This document shows, piece after piece, positions 17,781-26,000 of a stretch of 32,000 nt of DNA. Both the position numbers and the translations under genes were made by a program. Location: positions 300,001-332,000 of the forward strand of contig JALDRA010000001.1 in the NCBI GenBank assembly GCA_031316235.1, read 5' to 3'. Below the pieces are notes generated by a model. It did not search any database, was not told the origin of the DNA, and was given only the letters and a program-made list of their open reading frames with translations. Every line of letters begins with the position of its first letter. The first letter of the stretch is position 1. The stretch comes from Candidatus Scalindua sp. (lineage in GTDB: Bacteria > Planctomycetota > Brocadiia > Brocadiales > Scalinduaceae).

Positions 17781-19620
17781 ACCTGAAATTTTTAAACTTG
17801 AAATAACTACCGAGTTAAGAAACAAATTACAACAGAAATTATTTGAGACTCTTTTTGACAACATTGATGAACTCCCGCCACTTCACAGGACGAAGGAGGG
17901 TATCCCCTCATTTACGGTAACAGAAATTAAAGAGAGACTGAAGGCCCTCCTTCCCACTTATGCAAAAGACATCAGTCAACATTTAAAAATTACCCCGAAA
18001 GATAAAAGAACGGATGCCCTTAATATTGGAAACCAACTTCATGAGTGGTTGAAAGAAGCAATCCTGTTTTTCCGAAGAGAAGGTGCAGAGTGTCTACGGG
18101 AAGGATTAAGCCGGCCTGGTCCGGATGAAGCATACCCGTTTGTATGGAGTACTCTTTTCCATAGAAAGCTTATCTCATTAGCTCAATCATCAGGGCTGTT
18201 AAAGAACGATAGTGATATTGAGAAGTGCGATATACTCATGGAGTGTATTAAATTGTGGGTAAAAGAGATTTGCCAGAATCTGAAAAAATTGAACATGAAA
18301 AAATTTTCACCGTCTGCATATTTTCTGGACATGGAAACACAGCTTGATGCCATAATACGTTTTGGTGACAAAAAGATCCATGTCCGCAGCAGACCAGATG
18401 CCGTTACCTTAAATCAGGCCAATGGGGAAATCTGTCTGTGGGAGTACAAGTATGGAAACCAGGGCCAGTATGAACTGCAGATTGCACAGGTATTGTTTTA
18501 CATGTCATTGATTGAAGCCGTAAAAGGAGTAAAGTGTAAACGGGCGATCTTGTGGTCATTCAGCCCCCGTGAAGAAATACTGCCACAGAAAGTACGAGAA
18601 GATATCAAGATTGAAGAACCTGCGCCTCCCTTCCCTGAAGAAGTGGAAGAAGCCTTTTCAGGATATATTGGAAATGAATTATCTGTCAGAAAGCTAAAAG
18701 TAAAGCTTACGCTGGCAACCAAAAAACAACCAAGGAAAATGCCAGATAATATTATGTTCTGCGGACCAGCCGGTCTGGGGAAGACGGAACTGGCAAAAAG
18801 AGTTGCTTCGTGCCTGGAATTGCCTTTTATTAATATACCCGCTATCTCATTCAGTAATCTGGAACAGCTGGTTTCAGAAATCGACCGAACTCTCAGGGCA
18901 CACAACTTGGAAACAGAAGAGAGCGGCATTGATTCAGGAAAGCCCAGGCGTAAATATCCCCCGCTCGTTCTCTTTATAGACGAAGCACACAGACTTTCAA
19001 GAAGGGCTGATGAATTTCTGAATTTTTTTGAGCCAAAAGAACGAAGGGCAGTTGTAAAAGAGTTTGTGGGAGATTTCGTTGATGCTACAATTTTATTAGC
19101 AACAACCGACAAGGGTGCCCTGCCTTCAGCATTTCTCACCCGCTTCAGAATGCTAGACCTTGTACCTTACTCTATCGAAGAAGTGGGCATGATAATTTAT
19201 GAGGAATTCAAGAATAAGGATATGGTAATAACCGCTGATGTATGCCGGGGAATTGCAAAGGTGGGGAGGCTGGTACCTCGTCTCGCCTTAAGCCGGATGG
19301 GCGATTTTCTTGAACACAATGAATTTAAAGCAGAATCATATCCTTTTTCAATGAAAGGTCTGCAAAACATGCTGAAAGAAGTTTGGCTCGTTGACGAAAA
19401 CGGGCTTACGCCCAGCGACTTCCTGTACCTTGACTGCGTAAAGGAGCAGCCCAGGGGCGTTCTCATATTGAACAATTTGCTGCCATGCAAAATAGAAGAG
19501 ATCAGAAACATCATTGAACCATATCTGATGCAGATAAATGCCGTAAAATCGACAAAGCGGGGACGCTCGATAACTGAATATGGGAGAATGATACTGAAAA
19601 ACAGACCGGAATGGCTGTAA
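17773..19620 (+). CDS. fusion protein: N-terminal RecB/Cas4-like PD-(D/E)xK nuclease + C-terminal RuvB-like AAA+ ATPase with winged-helix tail; gene 3 of the candidate system
   Basis: 615 aa. Nuclease motifs SRPD209AV, LWE224YK226 and Q239VLFY243. AAA+ motifs FCGPAGLGKT (K337), LVLFIDEAH (D403/E404), LLATTDKGALPSAFLTRF. C-terminal EPYLMQINAVKSTKRGRSIT parallels the RuvB EPYLIQ...RTPRGR segment. Confidence 0.75.
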   Translation: MLKPEIFKLEITTELRNKLQQKLFETLFDNIDELPPLHRTKEGIPSFTVTEIKERLKALLPTYAKDISQHLKITPKDKRTDALNIGNQLHEWLKEAILFFRREGAECLREGLSRPGPDEAYPFVWSTLFHRKLISLAQSSGLLKNDSDIEKCDILMECIKLWVKEICQNLKKLNMKKFSPSAYFLDMETQLDAIIRFGDKKIHVRSRPDAVTLNQANGEICLWEYKYGNQGQYELQIAQVLFYMSLIEAVKGVKCKRAILWSFSPREEILPQKVREDIKIEEPAPPFPEEVEEAFSGYIGNELSVRKLKVKLTLATKKQPRKMPDNIMFCGPAGLGKTELAKRVASCLELPFINIPAISFSNLEQLVSEIDRTLRAHNLETEESGIDSGKPRRKYPPLVLFIDEAHRLSRRADEFLNFFEPKERRAVVKEFVGDFVDATILLATTDKGALPSAFLTRFRMLDLVPYSIEEVGMIIYEEFKNKDMVITADVCRGIAKVGRLVPRLALSRMGDFLEHNEFKAESYPFSMKGLQNMLKEVWLVDENGLTPSDFLYLDCVKEQPRGVLILNNLLPCKIEEIRNIIEPYLMQINAVKSTKRGRSITEYGRMILKNRPEWL

Positions 19621-19739
19621 AAGGAACATGGATTCCAACTCCTCCCACCACCCCGGCAGATTCGGAACCAGGGAGGAAAGAATAAATTACCTCTCTGCGT
19701 GTGGTGCACAGACAGTCAAATCACAGATAATACCTATTC

Positions 19740-19851
19740 TATACTAAAACCGATTTGGTTTTCGGCTTTTCTGAAAACCAAATCTTGGTGAAGGTATACC
19801 CGCTCCGTTTTTTCTCGGATTTTATCCGAAATCCAGTATGAAATGAGTATA
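19740..19851 (-). repeat. MITE-like repeat family 1, full length
   Basis: 112-bp copy between the convergent stops of the nuclease-AAA+ gene and the DUF442 gene. Confidence 0.9.
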
Positions 19852-19865
19852 AAACAGGTCTTCTT

Positions 19866-20438
19866 CTAACGTTTCAGTAGTTTCTGAACAACGGGCTCAA
19901 GAGAAGTCAATCCCGCTCTCTTCCCAATCTCCAGAGCTTCTCTAGCACTCTTTCCTTCAATGGAAAAGGCTTTAAGCGCAAAAAGAGCACCGACCCTGTT
20001 TCCACTCTGACAATGAACAATGAGGGGATAGTTTTCCTGTTTTGATAAAATTTCTGCCAAAAGTTTTGCATTCTCCACACTGATACCGGTTGCACCGTTA
20101 ACTGGAACAGGGAAATATCTCATCCCCAATTCTTCAACCCACAAAGACTCACGGGCAGGGCTGGGACGCTCTTTATCAGTTCGAAGGTTAACGACCGCCT
20201 TAAACCCCGCATCATGTGCCATCTTTAGCTGGTCATAGGCAGGTTGGCCGCCAGTCACAATATCATCAAACGGCACACGTTCATTGATGAGTTTAAAAGG
20301 TGATCTCCCACCTTCCTTGACTAACGTCTCCTTCTGCACAGTTTCATTATCTGCGAAGAGAGGAAAAGCAACCAATATGATGAGCACTGTCTGAAAAACA
20401 GCTTTATTATAATATTTCATTAATAATCCCCTTATCAC
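19866..20438 (-). CDS. DUF442/TIGR01244-type phosphatase-like protein (secreted)
   Basis: 190 aa. N-terminal signal peptide and a CX5R P-loop HCQSGNRVG. The GGQP...GFKAVVNLR...YFPVPV layout is typical of the beta-lactamase-hydrolase-like phosphatase domain. Confidence 0.7.
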   Translation of the reverse strand: MIRGLLMKYYNKAVFQTVLIILVAFPLFADNETVQKETLVKEGGRSPFKLINERVPFDDIVTGGQPAYDQLKMAHDAGFKAVVNLRTDKERPSPARESLWVEELGMRYFPVPVNGATGISVENAKLLAEILSKQENYPLIVHCQSGNRVGALFALKAFSIEGKSAREALEIGKRAGLTSLEPVVQKLLKR

Positions 20439-20495
20439 TTTTTAAATTTTTCTGATTTGAAAGGTACAGTCTCTGCTTATAACCTTTCGTGTATT

Positions 20496-20609
20496 TATAC
20501 TCATCTCATACTGGATTTCGGATAAAATCCGAGATAAATTTGAGCGAGTATACCTTCACCAAGATTTGGTTTCCGGTAAATCCGAAAACCAAATCTTGGT
20601 GAAGGTATA
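20496..20609 (+). repeat. MITE-like repeat family 1, rearranged variant
   Basis: The left two thirds are canonical. The normal right terminus is replaced by an inverted copy of the internal tataccttcaccaagatttgg module, giving a near-perfect 61-nt palindrome at 20549-20609. Confidence 0.85.
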
Positions 20610-20878
20610 TTTCGATAATAACTCTTTTCCGTCTGTTCGGTTGCATTATCGAAATGTGAAAATTCGCTACTGTGAGAATATCAGGAGAGGTATCTGTCCT
20701 TTCTGCCAAATATCTACGATGGTACCGATGTTTATGCTCAAATTCTCAAATCTACCGTTTCTCTTTCACTTCTCCCATTCTTTTACTGAAACAGATCCAT
20801 TGAGGAGCGCCAGACCTTAGAGCCCAAAGCGAAAACCACTGGCAAAAGACTTTTTTCCATGATCAGACTCCAGCAGTG

Positions 20879-20906
20879 CACTTCCCGGTTGCGCAACCGG
20901 GAAGTG
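20879..20906. other. perfect 28-nt palindrome (hairpin) just downstream of rpiB
   Basis: cacttcccggttgc/gcaaccgggaagtg lies 16 nt beyond the rpiB stop. Neither strand has a U-tract, so it may be a U-tract-less terminator or a protein-binding palindrome. Confidence 0.4.
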
Positions 20907-20921
20907 GTGAACGGTCATCAT

Positions 20922-21386
20922 CTAGAAGTTATTGTTTTCTATTGCCTTTATTTTCTCAATCCTCCTCTTGTGTCTCGCTTCATTACTGAAAGGAGTCTCC
21001 AGCCAGATTTTTACCAGTTTTTTTGCCTTGCCAGTGTCTAATGTCCGATTTCCCAGCGATATAATATTGGCATCATTGTGCTCTCGCGACATTCTGGCAC
21101 TGTACTCATCATACACCACCGCTGCACGGATACCCCTTACTTTATTCGCCACAATCGCTTCTCCCTGGCCGGAACCGCCAATAACGATACCTTTTGAATC
21201 TTCACCTTTCAGGATCGCTTCGGCCACTTTCTTCACAACCGGAAATATAAAATCAGGATAATCATCTTCTTCATTAAACTCATACGCACCCATGTCCTGA
21301 ACTTCACATCCCAAATCAAGAAGATGTCTTTTGAGTTCCTCCTTCAACTCAAAGCCTGCGTGATCGGTCCCTATATATATCTTCAT
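20922..21386 (-). CDS. rpiB: ribose-5-phosphate isomerase B
   Basis: 154 aa. MKIYIGTDHAGFELKE N-terminus, and GIVIGGSGQGEAIVANKVRGIRAA typical of the RpiB/LacAB family. Confidence 0.9.
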   Translation of the reverse strand: MKIYIGTDHAGFELKEELKRHLLDLGCEVQDMGAYEFNEEDDYPDFIFPVVKKVAEAILKGEDSKGIVIGGSGQGEAIVANKVRGIRAAVVYDEYSARMSREHNDANIISLGNRTLDTGKAKKLVKIWLETPFSNEARHKRRIEKIKAIENNNF

Positions 21387-21398
21387 ACTCTCTCCATA

Positions 21399-21525
21399 GT
21401 GGTTGAGCTGAAACTATCCCCTCTTCCTGCATTACGGTAATAATTCCGTAATCCTCACGTTAATTGTACGTTCCGATTGCGAAATTATTACGTACCTTGT
21501 ATCTGGAGAGTTTTAGCTCAACCAC
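21399..21525. repeat. repeat family 2, 127-bp self-complementary element
   Basis: Termini gtggttgagctgaaact / agttttagctcaaccac are inverted repeats with 1 mismatch. The interior is also roughly palindromic. Homologous to 23377-23497 in the opposite orientation. Confidence 0.75.
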
Positions 21526-21614
21526 GGGGGTTTCCATTTAAGCACTATTTACGCTCATGAATTATCATTTTGAAATTATTCATTAAAACAATGCATGAGA
21601 CGACAATCCGTTTG

Positions 21615-22670
21615 TCATGCAACTAAGGTATTTAAAAACTTTGCCATTTCATGAAACTTACCAAAATCTCTTCGGTTAAAATCCATGACAAGCCTCGGCA
21701 TAGTACTGTCGCCCACACCTTCCTCACCTGTAGAATGAGGTGGTGATAGTCGTATAGTTCCTGATCGAAGAATACTCTTGTATTTCTCATTCAGGAGCTG
21801 TATATCTTCACTCTTCAACAAGCGATTGAGATTGATGACTGTCTTCTCTTCAAAATATCGCATCGAGTGATAGACCCTGAAAAATTTTAAAATTTCATCC
21901 AGCGCTTCCTCAACATCATGTGTATGAAAAAACAGATTCAAATCCTCGGGCGAAATAAAGCCTCCTTTTGCGAGGGTTTCCCGCAAGAATGTCATCCATT
22001 TCCCCCAGTAGTTCGACTCAGGTGGTTCTATCAGAATAAGAGGGAGGGGTTTACTTTTTCCCGTCTGGATTAATGTCAGGTTTTCAAAACATTCATCCAT
22101 TGTACCAAAACCACCGGGAAATAAAACGGTTGCATCGGATTCTTTGAGAAAAAACAGTTTTCTGTTAAAAAAGTACTTAAAGGTAATAGCTTTTTTGTCA
22201 CCTTCGATGTATGGATTATGACGTTGTTCAAAAGGGAGTCTGATATTCAAGCTGAAACTGTTTTCACGCTTTGCACCCTTGTTCCCGGCTTCCATTATCC
22301 CGGGTCCCCCACCGGTAATTACCTTAAAACCATGATTAACCATCAACGCTGACAACTTTTCCGCCATCTTATATTCCGCAGAGTCGTTCCGAGTCCGTGC
22401 TGACCCGAAGAAGACAACCTTTCTTGTGTTTCGGTAGGGCACAAATGTCTTCGCTGCATATCGTAGCTCCTTCAACGCCTTATTGATCAGCTTGAGATCT
22501 CCCCTGTCGCTATTTTCTCTTCCCAATTTTAAAATGGTCGTAACCATCTCCTTCAGGAGATCGGCATTCTCATGAGTAGAACAGAGCTCCGCAAGGTCAG
22601 CTATGGTCCTGAAGAAATTATCTCTCACTCCATCGCACTTTCCCATTTTGCGCTTTTCCATATAAATCAT
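21615..22670 (-). CDS. LOG family (TIGR00730) protein, PpnN/YgdH-like nucleotide 5'-monophosphate nucleosidase
   Basis: 351 aa. Motifs GGGPGIMEAGNKGA and PGGFGTMDE, with N- and C-terminal extensions as in the long LOG forms. The SD AAGGAG overlaps the atpK stop. Start at M1 versus M4 is unresolved. Confidence 0.75.
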   Translation of the reverse strand: MIYMEKRKMGKCDGVRDNFFRTIADLAELCSTHENADLLKEMVTTILKLGRENSDRGDLKLINKALKELRYAAKTFVPYRNTRKVVFFGSARTRNDSAEYKMAEKLSALMVNHGFKVITGGGPGIMEAGNKGAKRENSFSLNIRLPFEQRHNPYIEGDKKAITFKYFFNRKLFFLKESDATVLFPGGFGTMDECFENLTLIQTGKSKPLPLILIEPPESNYWGKWMTFLRETLAKGGFISPEDLNLFFHTHDVEEALDEILKFFRVYHSMRYFEEKTVINLNRLLKSEDIQLLNEKYKSILRSGTIRLSPPHSTGEEGVGDSTMPRLVMDFNRRDFGKFHEMAKFLNTLVA

Positions 22671-22677
22671 TATCTCC

Positions 22678-23121
22678 TTATCTCAACGCCGTCATCAGAA
22701 ATACCATTACAAAAAGGGCTACCGTCTCTATAATACCAAGAACCATTATGTAGTTGCCAAAACCCTTTTCCGTCTCTGAAAGGGCATCAGACGCCAGCGC
22801 CGCTGCCTTGCCTTGAGACCAGGCACATGCCCCAATCACCAGTCCGCCCAGCAAACCGGCAAAAAACCTGGAAAGAGGAGAAACAGTATCAGGCGCATCC
22901 TTAATCGCATTCATGAGGATCATTCCGTAGATAGTCTGAGATAGCGGTGTACCCACAAATGCAACAAGGATAAAGGGGACATTTTTATTTTTAAGAAAAC
23001 ACTTTTTCCATGCTCCAAGTGCTGCCATGCCAGCAGCACCGGTTCCCAGCACTGAACCAAGGGCAGAAAAACACAAGGCAAAAATAAAACCGATGTTCCC
23101 TAACCCCTCCATTATATCCAT
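22678..23121 (-). CDS. atpK: V/A-type ATPase proteolipid subunit K (c)
   Basis: 147 aa, four TM helices. GTPLSQTIYG, AWSQGKAAA and IIETVALF align with the NtpK segments PGTQGLYG, IAQGKVAA and VETYAILG. Strong SD aggagggg upstream. Confidence 0.85.
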   Translation of the reverse strand: MDIMEGLGNIGFIFALCFSALGSVLGTGAAGMAALGAWKKCFLKNKNVPFILVAFVGTPLSQTIYGMILMNAIKDAPDTVSPLSRFFAGLLGGLVIGACAWSQGKAAALASDALSETEKGFGNYIMVLGIIETVALFVMVFLMTALR

Positions 23122-23145
23122 TCAACCCCTCCTGTAAAATTTGAT

Positions 23146-23257
23146 TATACTCATCTCATACTGGATTTCGGATAAAATCCGAGATAAAATTGAGCGAGTA
23201 TACCTTCACCAAGATTTGGTTTCCGGTAAAACCGAAAACCAAATCGGTTTTAGTATA
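23146..23257 (+). repeat. MITE-like repeat family 1, full length
   Basis: 112-bp copy in the atpI-atpK spacer, 24 nt upstream of the atpK ATG. Confidence 0.9.
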
Positions 23258-23376
23258 TCACGCTTTGTCATTACACTCTATGATAGAGGAATTCCCAGGA
23301 ATATCAGGATGAAATAATGTCTATCCTGATATTCTTTTACAATTAAATACTTTAATTTCTTTGCGGAAACCCACAA

Positions 23377-23497
23377 GTTGAACTAAAACTGCCCGGATAC
23401 AAGACGCGTAATCATTTCGGAACCGGATCGTGCTCAAACACATGATGATTACGAAATTATTACAGAAACGCAGTAGGCGGGTAGTATCTGTTTAACC
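23377..23497. repeat. repeat family 2, second copy (opposite orientation)
   Basis: Hand alignment to the reverse complement of 21399-21525 gives long identical runs (gttga.ctaaaact, ggatacaag, cgtaat.atttcg, gattacg.aattattac) with a few single-base indels. The right end covers the atpI stop codon (23492-23494). Confidence 0.65.
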
Positions 23498-25291
23498 TCT
23501 ATCAATTTTAAATGGTTTATATTTTATTCCGGACCACTGCACACTCAGGTGCTTGGAAAATTCAAGGAGATTGAGTCTGATACCATGGACAAGAACTGAC
23601 ATCGCTCCGAGTAAAATGTTCAAGGTATGGCCAAAGACAAGGATAATGACGACAAACATAACCGGAAAAATACCACTGGTGCCAATATCTCCTGCCATAT
23701 TATTAAATGCTAAAGATATCTCCTTTGTGGCAAGCCCTACTGCAAACAATCTAATATACGAAATAAGGTCAGAAAAACTTCCGATACCTGCCACAATGGT
23801 AATAAGCAGGTTTGCACCCCCCCTCAAAACTCCCTTCACAAACCCATCATTTTTCTGCTCTCCAAACAGTATCATCATGGCAAACCAAAAACCTGCCAGG
23901 ATAAATACAATCGTATTCAAATTCTCACTGAGCAAGAGATATCTTGCAATAAAATAGATCCCCCAGATTAAGGCCGCCCATCCCGCTTCTGCAAACAGTG
24001 TTAATGATGGATATTGCTTTCTCGCAGCATACACTCTGGCAACGGTAAGTTGAATTGCCCCGATAAAGATGCAGAGATGCATTACTGTCTGTCCACTCTC
24101 CCGGGAGAAGCTGTAAAGGGAAGGAATGATCATCTCTTTTAAAACTGGCAGATGACTGAGGGCTTCCAGGCCAAACCAGAAACCTGTGATAGCTCCCCAG
24201 ATGATGGTTGTAACAGAAATGAGATAGAAGAGGAGAATCATCTCGTGGGATACATGCTTATACCGGTTTTGAACCATAAAAGTCCCCATTAACAGTACCA
24301 CTCCGTATCCTCCATCACCCATAATCATTGCAAAAAATATACTGAAGAAGATCAGAAATATTCCATTGGTATCAAACTCCCGGTAACCGGGGATGACACC
24401 AACAAAATCCATAACAGGTTGAAAGATCCCTGACCACTTTGAATGCCTGAGCAGTGTCGGTACCTGTTCATCACGTGAGGGTTCTTCTATAAGAATAGCC
24501 CAGGCGTTTTTCCCTGCCACCTTCTTGAGACCCTCTATGGAGGGGACCGGACAGAATCCCACCAGGTAGGAGAGATCTTCATCCCTTCCCAATCCAGCCC
24601 TTGCCTCTTCATAGTGCAATCTTTCCTTGAAACTTTTTAACAAAGCCTTCATATCCGGGGTATTTTCATAGAGGTGACATAACTGATTGTCTATGTTGTG
24701 GAGAAGCTTCCTCTTTTCTCCTGTCATATTCCCTATCGAATCTAAGCCATGAAGAGGCAGAGGTGTCTCTTCAAGAGGTATATCCAGATATTTCTCTGTT
24801 GAAACAAGAGCAAAGTAGACGGCAGAGCCATCACGTGCGATGATAATGATGCTGTATTTTTTTGTAATTGCCGACAACTCTCTTTTGTTACACCTGAACA
24901 GCTTTATGAAAATTCCGGCATCTCTTAATCTGTCAACTTCTTCAGGGTTAAATTTCCCCCATACTTTCGCTCTTTTGTATTCAGTCTCAAGCTCACCAAT
25001 CTCTTCTTTAAGATGTTTGGCCTCTTCCAGCAGACCGAGAACTTTCTCTGCATATCCGAAACCTTCATCTTTGTGGGGAAATACGGGTAACCTGTTCTTA
25101 AAACGATCCGGAATAATCGGAATGACCTGCTCCAGTAATCGTATCTTCGCTTTCAGCTTGGAAAGAGTACTATTTTCCACCGGTTTAACTGGTTTCAGGT
25201 GAACAGCACCCAATTCACGCAGTGTAGATAAGACCTCATCCATCCATGATGTTTTCATGACAATCGAAACTTTTTTCATGCCTACAATCAT
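23492..25291 (-). CDS. atpI: V/A-type ATPase subunit I (a)
   Basis: 599 aa. Soluble N-terminal half (MKKVSIV...) and a polytopic C-terminal half with the conserved ...SYIRLFAVGLA... arginine segment. Starts 1 nt after the atpD stop. Confidence 0.85.
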   Translation of the reverse strand: MIVGMKKVSIVMKTSWMDEVLSTLRELGAVHLKPVKPVENSTLSKLKAKIRLLEQVIPIIPDRFKNRLPVFPHKDEGFGYAEKVLGLLEEAKHLKEEIGELETEYKRAKVWGKFNPEEVDRLRDAGIFIKLFRCNKRELSAITKKYSIIIIARDGSAVYFALVSTEKYLDIPLEETPLPLHGLDSIGNMTGEKRKLLHNIDNQLCHLYENTPDMKALLKSFKERLHYEEARAGLGRDEDLSYLVGFCPVPSIEGLKKVAGKNAWAILIEEPSRDEQVPTLLRHSKWSGIFQPVMDFVGVIPGYREFDTNGIFLIFFSIFFAMIMGDGGYGVVLLMGTFMVQNRYKHVSHEMILLFYLISVTTIIWGAITGFWFGLEALSHLPVLKEMIIPSLYSFSRESGQTVMHLCIFIGAIQLTVARVYAARKQYPSLTLFAEAGWAALIWGIYFIARYLLLSENLNTIVFILAGFWFAMMILFGEQKNDGFVKGVLRGGANLLITIVAGIGSFSDLISYIRLFAVGLATKEISLAFNNMAGDIGTSGIFPVMFVVIILVFGHTLNILLGAMSVLVHGIRLNLLEFSKHLSVQWSGIKYKPFKIDRG

Positions 25292-25292
25292 C

Positions 25293-25889
25293 TTATCCTG
25301 CTTCCTTTATCTTGTTTTTGGCAATCCTTGCCCATCCCATGGCTGCGGCCTGCTGATCTCCGAGAAATATCAATATTTTTCTCACCGCCTCTTTTGCCTC
25401 GGGAATCTTCACCTTTTCGAAAAGATTCACTCTCTGAGATGTGATACACAGTTCTCTTTGAAGAGAGCAGAGCCTTTCTGAAAGAATAAATTCTTCCGCC
25501 CGAAGTGTGAGCATTGCCGCAATCATGGTGACCGCGCGATCAACCCATAAGGGTGTGAGCAACAAATCATACTCTTTTCTCTCCATCTGAGCAGCAACGA
25601 AGACAGGGATATCTACACCGGCAATATTTTCAACACGGGTTTCTATCTTTTTTATACTCAGTAATTGGGAGAGACCGACATCCTCACCCAGAAGACCAAG
25701 CCATGGAGTCATCTCCTCGATCAGTTTATCATAATCGGCAGTTACTCTTTTTTGTTCAATCCTTACCATCTCGATCACTTTCTGAAGCTGCTGTTTCTTT
25801 ATGTGTAAAATCGGTAGATAACGGTTAAAACGCTTGAGATTATTTTTTTGCTTCCTCAGCTCTGTCTTTGTAAGCTTTATTTTTTGCAT
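25293..25889 (-). CDS. atpD: V/A-type ATPase subunit D
   Basis: 198 aa, coiled-coil. The MQKIKLTKTELRKQKNNLKRF N-terminus is typical of D subunits. Position in the operon fits. Confidence 0.8.
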   Translation of the reverse strand: MQKIKLTKTELRKQKNNLKRFNRYLPILHIKKQQLQKVIEMVRIEQKRVTADYDKLIEEMTPWLGLLGEDVGLSQLLSIKKIETRVENIAGVDIPVFVAAQMERKEYDLLLTPLWVDRAVTMIAAMLTLRAEEFILSERLCSLQRELCITSQRVNLFEKVKIPEAKEAVRKILIFLGDQQAAAMGWARIAKNKIKEAG

Positions 25890-26000
25890 ATACTAAAACC
25901 GATCTGGTTTTCGGTTTTACCGGAAACCAGATCCTGGTGAAGGTATACTCGCTCAAATTTATCTCGGATTTTATCCGAAATCCAGTATGAGATGAGTATA
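25889..26000 (-). repeat. MITE-like repeat family 1, full length
   Basis: 112-bp copy in the atpB-atpD spacer. Its terminal base (25889) is the first base of the atpD ATG. Confidence 0.9.
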
